A stretch of DNA of 64,000 bases from an uncultured delta proteobacterium (GTDB lineage: Bacteria > Desulfobacterota > Binatia > HRBIN30 > BPIQ01), in NCBI GenBank assembly GCA_963761335.1, contig CAVXGR010000015.1, positions 160,001 through 224,000 of the forward strand, in the 5' to 3' direction. The position numbers were made by a program, and so were the translations under genes. Below the pieces are notes generated by a model. It saw nothing but the letters and a program-made list of their open reading frames with translations. It was not told the origin of the DNA and made no database searches. Shown here one piece after another: positions 26,602 to 37,146 of the stretch. Position 1 is the stretch's first letter, and each line of letters begins with the position of its first letter.

Positions 26602-28074
26602 ATGCTGAAGAGACTGCTGAGGCCGCTGCTCCTGGCGCTCGCCATCGTTGCCGGCGTGGTGCTGTTCCGCGCCAGAGATTTTCGCTCCAAGCAGGTATCG
26701 GTGGCGTCGGCAGAGCTGCCGACCGTCGACGGCCAGGCGGCTGCGGAGCGCCTGGCGGGGGCGCTGCGTTTCCGCACCATCTCCAATCAGGATCCGGCGG
26801 CCCTCGACGCCGCCGCCTTCGAGGGCCTGCGCCACTACCTGGAGGAGCAGTTTCCTCTGGTCCACGCGCAGCTGCGGCACGAGGTGGTGAACGGCCACAG
26901 CCTTCTCTACACGTGGACGGGCAGCAAGCCGGAGCTCGCACCGGTATTGCTGCTGGCGCACCAGGACGTCGTCCCGGTCGAGCCGGGGACGGAGGGCAAG
27001 TGGAGCTATCCGCCGTTCGGCGGCCGCATCGCCGACGGCTTCGTCTGGGGGCGCGGTGCGCTCGACGACAAGCTGAGCCTGCTCGGCATTCTCGAAGCGG
27101 TAGAGCTGCTGCTGAAGGGCGGTTTCCATCCGACCCGCACCTTCTATCTCGCCTTCGGATACGACGAGGAGATCGGCGGCGAGCAGGGCGCGGCGCACCT
27201 TGCGGCGTTGCTGCAGTCGCGCCGCGTCCATCCCGGGTACGTGCTGGACGAGGGCGGCGCGATCGTGCAGGGCGGGGTGCCCGGAGTGGCGGTGCCCGTG
27301 GCGCTGATCGGGATTGCCGAGAAGGGCAATGTCAGCGTCGAGCTCACCGTGCGGGCCGAGGGGGGTCATTCCTCGGCACCGCCCGCACATACGGCGATCG
27401 GCGCGCTGAGCACGGCAATTCACCGGCTCGAGCGGCATCAGATGCCCACGCACTTGCGCGGCGGCACCCGAGAGCTCTTCGAGTACGTCGGTCCGGAGAT
27501 GTCCTTCGGCTATCGCATGCTGTTCGCCAACATGTGGCTGTTCGGCGGGCTCGTCCGGTATGAGCTCGCCGGTACGCCGGCGACCAACGCCACTCTGCGC
27601 ACGACCACGGCGGCGACCATGATCAATGGGGGCATCAAGGAGAACGTCCTGCCGAGCTCGGCGACGGCGGTGGTGAATTTTCGCATCCTTCCCGGCGATA
27701 CCATTCAGAGCGTCGTGCAGCACGTGCGCGACGTCGTCGACGATCCCACCATCGCGCTGCGTACACTCGATGGAGCGCAGGAGCCGACGGGCGAATCCCC
27801 TACTGGCGCCCCGAGCTTCTCGCTCTTGCAGCGGACCATCTCGCAGGTGTTTCCCGACGTCATCGTCTCGCCGTACCTCACCCCTGGAGGGACGGACGCG
27901 AGGAACTATACGGGGCTGACCTCCAATATCTACCGTTTCATTCCCTTTCTCGCCGACCGCTCGGACCTGGCGCGGATGCACGGGACGAACGAGCGCGTGT
28001 CCATCGACAACTACGAGCGCGGTATCCGCTTCTATGCGCAGCTGATCCGCAACTCGGGGTCGGTGCACCGATGA
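26602..28074 (+). CDS. M20-family metallopeptidase (PM20D1/CPS1-like)
   Basis: LAHQDVVP, WGRGALDDK, GYDEEIGG, LDEGG, GGHSS, GGTDAR, HGTNE; N-terminal hydrophobic segment. Confidence 0.92.
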   Translation: MLKRLLRPLLLALAIVAGVVLFRARDFRSKQVSVASAELPTVDGQAAAERLAGALRFRTISNQDPAALDAAAFEGLRHYLEEQFPLVHAQLRHEVVNGHSLLYTWTGSKPELAPVLLLAHQDVVPVEPGTEGKWSYPPFGGRIADGFVWGRGALDDKLSLLGILEAVELLLKGGFHPTRTFYLAFGYDEEIGGEQGAAHLAALLQSRRVHPGYVLDEGGAIVQGGVPGVAVPVALIGIAEKGNVSVELTVRAEGGHSSAPPAHTAIGALSTAIHRLERHQMPTHLRGGTRELFEYVGPEMSFGYRMLFANMWLFGGLVRYELAGTPATNATLRTTTAATMINGGIKENVLPSSATAVVNFRILPGDTIQSVVQHVRDVVDDPTIALRTLDGAQEPTGESPTGAPSFSLLQRTISQVFPDVIVSPYLTPGGTDARNYTGLTSNIYRFIPFLADRSDLARMHGTNERVSIDNYERGIRFYAQLIRNSGSVHR

Positions 28075-28442
28075 AGGTGCTGCTCGTCGAGGACGAACCG
28101 ATCCCGCTGATGGCGATGGAGCGGTATCTGGGCGGCAGGGGCTTCGAGGTGCGCGCCGCGTCCACTGCCGTCGAGGCGGTGTCGATCGCCGCCGAGTTTC
28201 AGCCGGACGTGTTGGTGGCGGACTGGCTGCTCGAAGACGGTCCCAGCGGCTTGGAGGCCGCGCAGCAGATTGTCGGGCAGCGCCCGCAGGTGCGGGTGGT
28301 ATTCGTCACCGGCGTGCCTCCGCATCAGGTGCGCGAGCAATCGCGTTCGCTGCCATGGGTGCTGATTGTGGAGAAGCCTTGCTCGCTGCGGGAGCTGGAG
28401 ACCCGTCTTTGCGAGATTCGCGACCGCGACGCCGGCAGCTGA
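28071..28442 (+). CDS. Single-domain response regulator receiver
   Basis: VLLVEDE, PDVLVADW, FVTG, EKP. Confidence 0.9.
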   Translation: MKVLLVEDEPIPLMAMERYLGGRGFEVRAASTAVEAVSIAAEFQPDVLVADWLLEDGPSGLEAAQQIVGQRPQVRVVFVTGVPPHQVREQSRSLPWVLIVEKPCSLRELETRLCEIRDRDAGS

Positions 28443-30463
28443 GCTTCGTTCTGCTGGTCGTCGCCGCGGCGACGTTGATTGCCGCCGGGCTGTGGATCGA
28501 GGTTCACCTCGACGCCCTCGTCGATCTCATCGGCGCTCAGCTCGGAGCTCCATCGGAGCGCTGGTTGTTGGCGGCGATGCAGCGCTTGCACCCGGCGGTG
28601 GTCGGCATCGTTCCGGTGTTCGCCGGCAGCGCGCTGCTGGCGTTCGCTCTCGGTGTGCCGCCCGGGACGCGCCCGCTGCCGACCGCATCGCCCGCGTCTT
28701 TCCGCGGCGTGTCGACGCGGTCAGGATGGCCGCGCTCCCTGGGGCTGCGCGGCGTGCTCGCCGCCCTGTCGCTGCTGCTTGCCGCCACCGAGATCGTCCT
28801 GCTGCGCCGCGCCGATCCCGGCGACGGGGCGATCGCCGCCTGGCTCGCCGCGGCGGCGACGGCGCTGATCGCCGCTGTGCGCGCCGACCGCGAGCGCGGC
28901 ACGTCGCTGGGCAGCCCGTTTCGCGGAGGGTGGGAGTGGGCGGCGGTGATCACGATGGCCGGCGCCGCGCTCTGGCTCGTCGGTCACGACCTCTCCAGCT
29001 GGCGGTGGTCGGGGACCCCAGACGAGGGGGCCTTCTTCGGAGGCGCCATGGGCGTCATCCGCGGGCAGGTGCGCACCTTTCCGCTGTCGGAGGACGGCGT
29101 CTTCGGATTTCATCCGCTGCTGTCCACCTACTATCAGGTCCTGTTCATGCACGTCTTCGGTATGGACGTCTTTGGCTGGCGCCTGTCCTCTGCCTTTGCC
29201 TTCGCGATCTCGCTGCCGTTTGTCTATCTGCTGATGCGGGAGATCCACGGCCGCGGCGCCGCTCTCAACGCCGTGATCCTCTTTGGAACGGCACAGCTGG
29301 CGGTTGGCTACTCTCACTTCGGCTACAACAACGTCCAGGTATATCCGATCGTCACCGGGTCGCTGGCGCTGTTCGCCTGGTCATTGCGTCGCCGCAGCCT
29401 TCTCGGCTACTTCCTGACCGGGGGCATACTCGGGCTCGGGTTCTTCACGTATGACACGGCGCGATTCGGCGTCGTGCTGATCCCGCTGCTGGCCTGGGCA
29501 CTCGGCGGTTGGCGGCGATTCTGGGGCGATCGCGCCGCGGTGGGGGCTCTGGTCGCGGGGCTGATCCTGGTGGCGCTGCCGATGCTGCTCCAGCTCGACG
29601 AGAGCGTCCCGCGCATGTTGCGCCTGGCCGGGCTCATGGACTCCACGTCGCCGCAGGTCGCCGGTGCCTGGCGGGTGCCGGCGCTGCCGAGCGCCGTGGA
29701 TATCGGCTGGCAGTGGCTGCTCGCCATCTTTCACGGGGTGTGGTCGGAGAGCGGTCATTTTCAGACGGTACCGATCGTCGATCCGTTCTCGCTGGCTCTG
29801 TCGATTGCCGGGCTCTGCTTGGGTGGCGCGGCGATCGCGCTTGGGCGCCGCGATTTTCTCGCTCCCGCCTATCTGCTCTCGGCGTTCGCGGTCGGCGCCG
29901 TGTCGCCGTATCCCCAGCCAGCTCTCACCCGCGTCCTCTTCCTCTCGCCGTTCACCGCGATGCTGGCGGGGGCGACGCTCGATTGGGGGCTGTGGCGGGC
30001 GCGCCAGGTCCTGGATGCGCCGCGTGCCGTCGGGCGTCTCGGAGCGGCGGTGCTCGCCGCCGCGGTTGTCTGGAACGTGGCGATGTTGAACTACAACGTC
30101 TACGGGCGCTTCTACGGCTACGGCGACGGCACCACCACGGAGCTGTTGCGCATCGTGGAGCAGCTTCCGGACAGCTGCCGCATCGTCTACATCCAGGCCG
30201 GCGACTCCTTCATGATCGGCGCCGACAACTTTATAGACGCCTACGGCATGAGAAACCGGTCGAAGTACATCTGCCCGTACACCGACGAGGTGCCGCACCT
30301 GCTTGCCCACCTGCGGCCGCCCTTCGTCGTGCTCTACCAGCTGTCGTCGCCGCCCCAGAAGCGGGCCGTCGAGCGGGTCCTGACCCTGCGCTTCCCCGGC
30401 CGCTACTGGCGGACCTCCTCCCCGGGGGAGCCGTGGAGCCTGCGCTACTTCTACGTTCCATGA
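28355..30463 (+). CDS. GT-C fold (ArnT/PMT-like) membrane glycosyltransferase; start uncertain
   Basis: Many TM segments, TPDEG, HPLLSTY, FGWRLSSA. Confidence 0.7.
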   Translation: MGADCGEALLAAGAGDPSLRDSRPRRRQLSFVLLVVAAATLIAAGLWIEVHLDALVDLIGAQLGAPSERWLLAAMQRLHPAVVGIVPVFAGSALLAFALGVPPGTRPLPTASPASFRGVSTRSGWPRSLGLRGVLAALSLLLAATEIVLLRRADPGDGAIAAWLAAAATALIAAVRADRERGTSLGSPFRGGWEWAAVITMAGAALWLVGHDLSSWRWSGTPDEGAFFGGAMGVIRGQVRTFPLSEDGVFGFHPLLSTYYQVLFMHVFGMDVFGWRLSSAFAFAISLPFVYLLMREIHGRGAALNAVILFGTAQLAVGYSHFGYNNVQVYPIVTGSLALFAWSLRRRSLLGYFLTGGILGLGFFTYDTARFGVVLIPLLAWALGGWRRFWGDRAAVGALVAGLILVALPMLLQLDESVPRMLRLAGLMDSTSPQVAGAWRVPALPSAVDIGWQWLLAIFHGVWSESGHFQTVPIVDPFSLALSIAGLCLGGAAIALGRRDFLAPAYLLSAFAVGAVSPYPQPALTRVLFLSPFTAMLAGATLDWGLWRARQVLDAPRAVGRLGAAVLAAAVVWNVAMLNYNVYGRFYGYGDGTTTELLRIVEQLPDSCRIVYIQAGDSFMIGADNFIDAYGMRNRSKYICPYTDEVPHLLAHLRPPFVVLYQLSSPPQKRAVERVLTLRFPGRYWRTSSPGEPWSLRYFYVP

Positions 30464-30542
30464 CTTCGACCTCCCGGAAGGGGTCGGGGCATGCGCCGAC
30501 CAGCTCGCGCTTCCCCGAGGTGCGAGATTGTCTAGGGGGCAA

Positions 30543-30592
30543 AGTAGAAGCGCCGTCCCGGCGCTTCCGAAGCGGCGAGACGCCGCTTCTAC
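30543..30592. repeat. GTAG-type REP-like doublet, copy 2
   Basis: GTAGAAGCGCCGTCCCGGCGCTT..GAAGCGGCGAGACGCCGCTTCTAC. Confidence 0.85.
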
Positions 30593-30788
30593 GTCGGAGC
30601 GCCGGTCGGTACAGTTGGCGTGCTGCTAAGTGATCCTCTACCTTTTCGGGCGATCATTTTCCGGACGGACCGTCCAAACCGTAGCGGCGAGGGGGCCGGG
30701 CGGGAGCCTGCGCACCTGGAAACAAACTTGGGGTACCCGGCGCGTCATGTGCTATACGAATCAGATCGATTACCGTCCGGGGGTGCCA

Positions 30789-31175
30789 ATGACTGAACGA
30801 CTGATCGCCGTTTCTCGCCTGCTCGCTCTCACCGCCGCCGCATCCATTCTCCTGCTGTCACCCGCGATCCGCGCCGGCTCGGCCGCGGATGCGCCGGCTC
30901 CCCCAGGCCAGCGCGTCGTCGTCGATCCGGACACCGGTCGCATCGTGGCGCCGCCCCCGCCGGCAGCGGCGGTGGCAGATGAAGCCGCGGCCGCTGCGCC
31001 GGCGGCTCGCAGTCGCTCCGATGTCGGTCTACAGGAAGTCCCGATGGGGGGCGGCGCCGGCGTCAGAGTTGACCTGCGGGGGCGTTTTCGCACCTATATG
31101 CGCGCCACCCGCGAGGCGGACGGATCCTTGCACACCGACTGTGAGTCGGGCACGGCAGCGGGCGCGCCGCGATGA
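30789..31175 (+). CDS. Small secreted protein (post-PEP-CTERM-1-like)
   Basis: Signal peptide; VVVDPDTGRI...VDLRGRF...DGSLHTDC; ATGA overlap with downstream peptidase. Confidence 0.65.
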   Translation: MTERLIAVSRLLALTAAASILLLSPAIRAGSAADAPAPPGQRVVVDPDTGRIVAPPPPAAAVADEAAAAAPAARSRSDVGLQEVPMGGGAGVRVDLRGRFRTYMRATREADGSLHTDCESGTAAGAPR

Positions 31176-32995
31176 TCGGCGCTCCACGGCTGCCGATGCG
31201 AGTCCTGGGAATGCTCGGCGCCGCCTTGCTGATGGCGGTGACCGGAGCGCGGGCCTCGACGATAACCATCGTCAACCTCGACGGCGCCAATGAGGGCTTC
31301 AACGATGCGACACCGGTGTCGCCCGTCGGCGGCAACACCGGCACGACGCTCGGGCAGCAGCGGCTCATCGCCTTCCAGTTCGCCGCCGACGTGTGGGCGT
31401 CTCGCCTCTACAGCGACGTCGAGATTCGCGTCGAGGCGCAGTTCAGCTCCATGTTCTGCAGCAGCGGCAGCGCCATTCTCGGCGGCGCCGGCGCCATCGA
31501 GGTGTTTCGCGACTTCGCCGGAGCGCCGCGCGCGGCGACCTGGTACCCGGTGGCGCTGGCCAACAGTCTCGCCGGCGTCGACCTCGATCCGGCCGGCAAC
31601 GACATCTCCGCCGAGTTCAACAGCGACATCGATCACCAGTGCCTGAGCGGTATCGACGGCTGGTACTACGGCCTCGACCACAGCGCCCCGTCGGGTCAGC
31701 TCGACTTCGCTGAGACCCTCTTGCACGAGCTGGCGCACGGGCTCGGCTTCAGCGACTTCGTGAGTCTCTCCACCGGGCAGAAGTTCTTCGGCTACGACGA
31801 CGTGTACATGCTCAACCTCGAGGATCACACCAGCGGCAAGCTCTATCCCGACATGACCGATGCCGAGCGCGTCGCCGCCAGCAAGGACACGGGCAACCTG
31901 CACTGGGTCGGGGACAACGTCGTGGCCGCCGCCGGGTTTCTCTCCTCCGGCCGCGAGCCGATCAGCGGACACGTCGAGATGTACGCGCCCAATCCGCAGG
32001 AGCCGGGATCGTCGGTGGCGCACTTCGACACCAGCCTCACTCCGGACGAGCTGATGGAGCCCTATCTGACGCCGACCTTCAGCGACGTGCTGACGCAGGC
32101 GTTGCTGTCGGACATCGGCTGGGGCGCCTGCGGCAACAGCCTGATCAATCCCGGCGAGGCCTGCGACGACGGCAACCTGGTGGACGGCGACGGCTGTAGC
32201 CACACGTGCGCCGTGGAGCAGTGCTTCAGCTGCGCTGGCGAGCCGTCCGTCTGCACGCCGCTGGCGCCGGGTGCTCCCTGCGACGACGGCAACGCCTGCA
32301 CCGATCCGGACACCTGCTCCGCCGGGGTGTGCAGCGGCGTTCCGGACGACGGGGCTCCCTGCGACGACGGCAATCAATGCACCACCCCCGACGTCTGCCT
32401 GAGCGGCGCCTGCGACGGGACGCCGGACAACGGCGCTCCATGCGACGATGGCGATCCGTGCACCGATACCGACACCTGTCAGGGGGCGGTCTGCTCCGGG
32501 AGCTTTCCGCTCTCCAGCTGCCTGAGCCCCGACGTTCCGGGCAAGTCGCTGCTGGTGCTCAAGGACAAGCTGCCCGACAAGAAGGACCACCTCGTGTGGA
32601 AATGGTTGAAGGGCACGACCGATCCGGCGCTCTTCGGCGACCCCACGGTGGCGACCAGCTACGACCTGTGCATCTACGACAGCGCCGACGGCACTCTGAT
32701 GCGCAACCACATCCCCGCCGGCCCGATGTGGCGGTCGATCTCGAATGGCTTCAAGTACGTCGACCGCTACACGACCAGCGATGGCATCCACTCCGTTCTC
32801 CTGCGCGGCGGCAGCACGGGCAAGGCGAAGATCGTCGTGATCGGCAAGGGTTCCGGGCTCGACATGACGCCTCTCGGCGCACCGCTCGACCTGCCGGTGA
32901 CCGTGCAGATCACCAATGGCAGCACCTGCTGGCAGGCCGCCTACGGGAGCCCGATCCAGGACCGCAGTGATCTCTTCAAGGCGAAGGGGAACTGA
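31172..32995 (+). CDS. Secreted zinc metallopeptidase-like protein with cysteine-rich CDDGN repeats
   Basis: Signal peptide, HELAHGLGF, CGNSLINPGEACDDGNLVDGDGCS and three CDDG(N/D)xCT repeats. Confidence 0.8.
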   Translation: MIGAPRLPMRVLGMLGAALLMAVTGARASTITIVNLDGANEGFNDATPVSPVGGNTGTTLGQQRLIAFQFAADVWASRLYSDVEIRVEAQFSSMFCSSGSAILGGAGAIEVFRDFAGAPRAATWYPVALANSLAGVDLDPAGNDISAEFNSDIDHQCLSGIDGWYYGLDHSAPSGQLDFAETLLHELAHGLGFSDFVSLSTGQKFFGYDDVYMLNLEDHTSGKLYPDMTDAERVAASKDTGNLHWVGDNVVAAAGFLSSGREPISGHVEMYAPNPQEPGSSVAHFDTSLTPDELMEPYLTPTFSDVLTQALLSDIGWGACGNSLINPGEACDDGNLVDGDGCSHTCAVEQCFSCAGEPSVCTPLAPGAPCDDGNACTDPDTCSAGVCSGVPDDGAPCDDGNQCTTPDVCLSGACDGTPDNGAPCDDGDPCTDTDTCQGAVCSGSFPLSSCLSPDVPGKSLLVLKDKLPDKKDHLVWKWLKGTTDPALFGDPTVATSYDLCIYDSADGTLMRNHIPAGPMWRSISNGFKYVDRYTTSDGIHSVLLRGGSTGKAKIVVIGKGSGLDMTPLGAPLDLPVTVQITNGSTCWQAAYGSPIQDRSDLFKAKGN

Positions 32996-33855
32996 TGGCA
33001 CCCCTGGTCCCTGAAGGCCCCAACGCTGAGCAGATCAGATACTGGAACGACGCGGCGGCGAAGAAGTGGGTGGTGCTCTCGCCGGTCATCGACGCCCAGG
33101 TGGCTCCGCTCGGCCGGGAGGCGATGGAGCGGGCCGGCATTTCCCCCGGTGATCGCGTCCTCGACATCGGCTGCGGCTGTGGGCTGACGACACTGGAGAT
33201 CGCCCGTCGCGTGGCCCCGGGGGGATCGGTTGCGGGCGCCGACATTTCCGGCGTGATGCTGGAGCAGGCCGGGCACAACGCCGCGGCCGCCGGCAACGTC
33301 TCCTTCGAGAACGTCGACGCGCAGCTGCATCGGTTTTCCGAGGCCTCCTTCGACGTCGTCTTCTCGCGCTTCGGGGTGATGTTCTTCGCCGGCCCGGAGG
33401 AGGCCTTCGCGAATGTGCGCCGGGCACTGCGTGCCGATGGCCGGCTCGCCTTCGTCTGCTGGCAACCGCTGAGCGAGAACCCGTGGATGTTGGTGCCGCT
33501 GATGGCGGCCCTGCCGCATCTTCCGCCGATGGAGCCTCCGCAGCCCGGGGCTCCCGGGCCGTTCGCCTTCGGCGACCCCGACCGGGTGCGCCGAATTCTG
33601 GAGACCGCCGGCTTTGCCGATATCCGGGTCGAGCCGCTGCAGCGCGCGCTCACCGTCGGCGGCGGGGCGGGCATCGATGGCACCGTCGATTTCCTCATGC
33701 AGATGGGACCGACCGGATCGATGCTGCGCCAGGCCGGCAGCGATCTCCGCGAGCGCGTCGCCGCCGCCATCCGCGAGGCCGTGGCCCCCTACCTCACCGC
33801 CGAAGGGGTGCGCATGCCCTCGGCGGCATGGTTGGTCTCCGCCCGTAATCCCTAA
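32995..33855 (+). CDS. Class I SAM-dependent methyltransferase
   Basis: VLDIGCGCG, ADIS, FDVVFSRFGVMFF. Confidence 0.9.
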   Translation: MAPLVPEGPNAEQIRYWNDAAAKKWVVLSPVIDAQVAPLGREAMERAGISPGDRVLDIGCGCGLTTLEIARRVAPGGSVAGADISGVMLEQAGHNAAAAGNVSFENVDAQLHRFSEASFDVVFSRFGVMFFAGPEEAFANVRRALRADGRLAFVCWQPLSENPWMLVPLMAALPHLPPMEPPQPGAPGPFAFGDPDRVRRILETAGFADIRVEPLQRALTVGGGAGIDGTVDFLMQMGPTGSMLRQAGSDLRERVAAAIREAVAPYLTAEGVRMPSAAWLVSARNP

Positions 33856-33860
33856 AGGGG

Positions 33861-36116
33861 TCACTCTTCGGGGGCGTAGCCGAGCATGCGCAGCTTCTCG
33901 AGAGTCGCCGCGTCGAGCTGGGATTTTTCGGGGGGGACCTCCTTGTTGGCGGCGGCGCCGGCGGCCAGGATCTGCCGTGCATAGGCGGCGATATAGCCGG
34001 CGTGCATCGCCAGGTCCGACTTCTCGCGCGGATCGGCGATGCGGTCGTACACCTGCACCGGTCCGGCTGTGCGCCGGCGCGGGTTGCCGCGATCGACGAT
34101 GACTTTCCAGCGGCTCTCGGTCGCCGCCATCAGCTCGCGTTGACCGAACGACGTGTGGCTCACCGCCAGACGCAGCTCGCCGTCGCCGTCCTCCTCGGCA
34201 GCGGCGAGAACCGAGTGGCCGTCGATGTCGGCGGGCGCCGCTATGCCGAGGGCGTCGAGGAGGGTGGCGAAGATGTCGACGTGCTGCACGATCTCGTGTA
34301 CCCGCCGGCCGCCATGGGCCGCCTGCGGGAAGCGGATGAACAACGGGATGTGCAGCAGCTCTTGGTAGAGCGTCTTCCCGTGCGAGAGGCCGCCGTGGTC
34401 GAGAAACTCCTCGCCATGGTCGGCGACGAATACGAAGATCGCGCGGTCGAGCACTCCGGAATCCCGGAGCTTGCCGATGAAGTCGCCAAAGGCGTCGTCG
34501 AGCTGCGCGATCTCGCCGTCGTAGAGCGACGCCAGCCACTGCGCCTGCTCCGGAGTCGCCCCGTGGCGCCGCAGGCGCAGGGCGCGCAGCTGCCGAATGA
34601 TGCTGTCGTCCTTGGGCCGCAGATCAATGCGCTCGAAGCGCGCCGCGTGTGCCTCGTCGGGTGTGTATGGCCCGTGCACGTCACTGACGTGGAGATAGAG
34701 GAAGAACGGTTTGTCCCCGATCTCTCGCAGCCACTGTAGGCTCGCCGCGTGTACGACGCCCGCCGGCTGGTACATCTCCTTCGATTGGTCGCTCTCTTCC
34801 AGATACTCGTAGCGGTCGAAGCCGCGACCGAATCCCCAGCGCGGGCTGACATTCATGTTGGTCACCCAGGCCGCGGTGGCATAGCCCTGGCCATGCAGGA
34901 TCTCCGCCAGCGTCGGCATCTCGGTGCCCAGCGAGGAGCGCAGCTTGACGGCTCCGTGGCGCGGCGGAATCAGCCCGGTCATCAGCGAGGCGACCGACGG
35001 GCGGGTCCACGGCGCCTGCGCTTGCGCATCCTCGAAGAGCACCGACTGGCGCGCCAGGGCGTCGATGTGCGGCGATGTGGGGCGATCGTATCCGTAGCAG
35101 CCGAGGTGATCGGCGCGAAGCGTGTCGACCACGTAGAGAATGACGTTCGGCCGCGGCCCGGCGGCACTCCGGGGCGGCGGTGTCGGCGCCGCGGCGCGCC
35201 GCTCGAAGGCGAGGCGATCGAGGCGCAAGGGGGCCTCCCCGGCGCGCAGGTGCAGGTGGGCGATGTCGCCGGGCTGACCCGCGAGGGACAGGTTCACGCC
35301 CGCCGCTCCGAGGGGACCCCGGAAGAGGTTGCGCTCGGCACCGCTGCCCACGGCCTCGCCGATGGAGAGGACGCCGCCGGAGTTGCCTGCCTGGTGGACG
35401 GCGAGGCGGGAGTCGGCGGCAATCTGCACGTATACGTCGACGGCGGCGCCGGCCGGCAGCACGAGGTTTGCTCCCGCGTCGCCGGCGACGACTGTGGCGG
35501 CGTTCTCGTCGCCGGGGCCCTCCACGCGGAGCTCGTCGCAGGCGAGCGCCGACTCCGTCAGACTGAAATGCTCGGCGATCGGGTTGGGAATGGCGCGCGT
35601 CAGGGTGGCGCGGATGAGCAGCTCGTTGCGGCCGGAACGCTGCGCTCGCTCGGGAAGGCGGAGAGTCGCATCGGACATCTCGCGGCCGAAGATGCCGCGG
35701 CCGATGTAGATGCCGTTGAGGCGGAAGGTGGCGCTGATGTGCTCTCGCTGTCCCTGGAAGGCGGCGCAGCGCAGGTGAAGCTCGCGCGGCTGCGGCGCGG
35801 CGAGGTGGAAGAACAGGCGGCCGATGCGGTGGCGCAGGTAGGAGACGGAGGGGAGCGGCTTCTCGGGGCCCTCCGGTGCCGTCTCGCTCCATCCGGCGAG
35901 CAGATAGAGGTCGCCGAGAGGCGTGCCGAAATCGAGCCGCTGCGTCTGCTGCGGACTCTCCGTGAAGGGGATCACCGAGATCAGATCCGTCGACACGGTC
36001 TGTCCCGCTTGCCCTCCACATCCGCGCCGGGCGCAGCTCATCGGCAGGAGCACGCACAGCAGCACCGCCAGTGAGCCGATGACGCGCGCCTGTGTGCTTC
36101 CTCTTGCGGAGACCAT
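33861..36116 (-). CDS. Sulfatase-like hydrolase (alkaline phosphatase superfamily) with N-terminal beta-rich extension
   Basis: VVDTLRADHL, APWTRPSVASLMTG, DVHGPY, YDGEI, ADHGEEF, HGKTLY. Confidence 0.88.
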   Translation of the reverse strand: MVSARGSTQARVIGSLAVLLCVLLPMSCARRGCGGQAGQTVSTDLISVIPFTESPQQTQRLDFGTPLGDLYLLAGWSETAPEGPEKPLPSVSYLRHRIGRLFFHLAAPQPRELHLRCAAFQGQREHISATFRLNGIYIGRGIFGREMSDATLRLPERAQRSGRNELLIRATLTRAIPNPIAEHFSLTESALACDELRVEGPGDENAATVVAGDAGANLVLPAGAAVDVYVQIAADSRLAVHQAGNSGGVLSIGEAVGSGAERNLFRGPLGAAGVNLSLAGQPGDIAHLHLRAGEAPLRLDRLAFERRAAAPTPPPRSAAGPRPNVILYVVDTLRADHLGCYGYDRPTSPHIDALARQSVLFEDAQAQAPWTRPSVASLMTGLIPPRHGAVKLRSSLGTEMPTLAEILHGQGYATAAWVTNMNVSPRWGFGRGFDRYEYLEESDQSKEMYQPAGVVHAASLQWLREIGDKPFFLYLHVSDVHGPYTPDEAHAARFERIDLRPKDDSIIRQLRALRLRRHGATPEQAQWLASLYDGEIAQLDDAFGDFIGKLRDSGVLDRAIFVFVADHGEEFLDHGGLSHGKTLYQELLHIPLFIRFPQAAHGGRRVHEIVQHVDIFATLLDALGIAAPADIDGHSVLAAAEEDGDGELRLAVSHTSFGQRELMAATESRWKVIVDRGNPRRRTAGPVQVYDRIADPREKSDLAMHAGYIAAYARQILAAGAAANKEVPPEKSQLDAATLEKLRMLGYAPEE

Positions 36117-36223
36117 CGCCTCTTCTCCCTAGCAGACGGGGGTTGGGGGCAAAAGAAAGGACAAGCAATCGAGCCGGTGGTTTCGTTAGCGGTGCTCAGC
36201 TGGTAACCAGCGTCACCGACGAG

Positions 36224-37087
36224 ATGGAAGCACCGATGGAGCCCAGAGACCTTGCCGCCGACACCGCCGTGACCCGCCTCAAGGTTGCGCCGGGATGGTA
36301 TACGGCCGAGCTGCCGGAGCAGTGGAACTTCCGCACCCCTTCCGGGGGCGTGCTGATGACGGTGGCGATGCGGGCCATCCAGGAGGAGCTCGCCGATCCC
36401 GGTCTGCGGCCGCTGTCGGCGAACACGCACTTCTGCTCGCCGGTTCCGGCCGGGCCGCTGGAGATCCGTGTCGAGGTGCTGCGCCACGGCGGCGCCGCGG
36501 CGCAGATGCGCGCCCAGCTTTCGTCGACCACCATGCCCGGGCCGGGGCTGGAGGTCAGCGCCACCTTCGGCCGAGAGAGGGAGGGAGTCGACGTCGTCGA
36601 TGCGACTCCGCCGGCCGTCCCGGCGCCGGAGGAGTGCGGCATCGTCGAGCACGTCTTCGGAACCAGCCGGCGGTTCGTGCCGCCCTTCTTCGCCAACTTC
36701 GACTACCGGCTGGCGCTCGGGCAGCCGTGGTGGACATCGGACTGGGAGCCGGGGCCGGCGCGCATCGCTCGCTGGTTTCGCTACAAACAGCCGCAGAAGC
36801 TCGCCGACGGCCGCCTCGACCCACTGTCGATTCCGCCGATCGCCGACACCATGCCGCCGGCTCTGATCCAGAAGCTCGGGCCCGATCACCCGTCGTTCCA
36901 CGCGCCCAGTCTCGACCTCACCATTCATTTCCTGGAGGACACGCGCGCCGAGTGGCTGCTCACCAATGTTCACGCCCGGCGCGCCCGCGCCGGCTATGCC
37001 ACTGCGGAGGCGGAGATCTGGGACGACCGCGGGCGTCTGGTGGCGATGGCGACGCAGATGATGATGCTGCGCCGGGTTCCCGACTGA
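36224..37087 (+). CDS. TesB-like double hotdog thioesterase
   Basis: W...PSGGVL, IADTMPP, PSLDLTIHF, EIWDDRGRLVAMATQ. Confidence 0.82.
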   Translation: MEAPMEPRDLAADTAVTRLKVAPGWYTAELPEQWNFRTPSGGVLMTVAMRAIQEELADPGLRPLSANTHFCSPVPAGPLEIRVEVLRHGGAAAQMRAQLSSTTMPGPGLEVSATFGREREGVDVVDATPPAVPAPEECGIVEHVFGTSRRFVPPFFANFDYRLALGQPWWTSDWEPGPARIARWFRYKQPQKLADGRLDPLSIPPIADTMPPALIQKLGPDHPSFHAPSLDLTIHFLEDTRAEWLLTNVHARRARAGYATAEAEIWDDRGRLVAMATQMMMLRRVPD

Positions 37088-37146
37088 TTGGGAGCGCGGC
37101 CATCCTGGCCGCAAGGGTCCAAACGACACAGCTCCGTCGGATCGCC

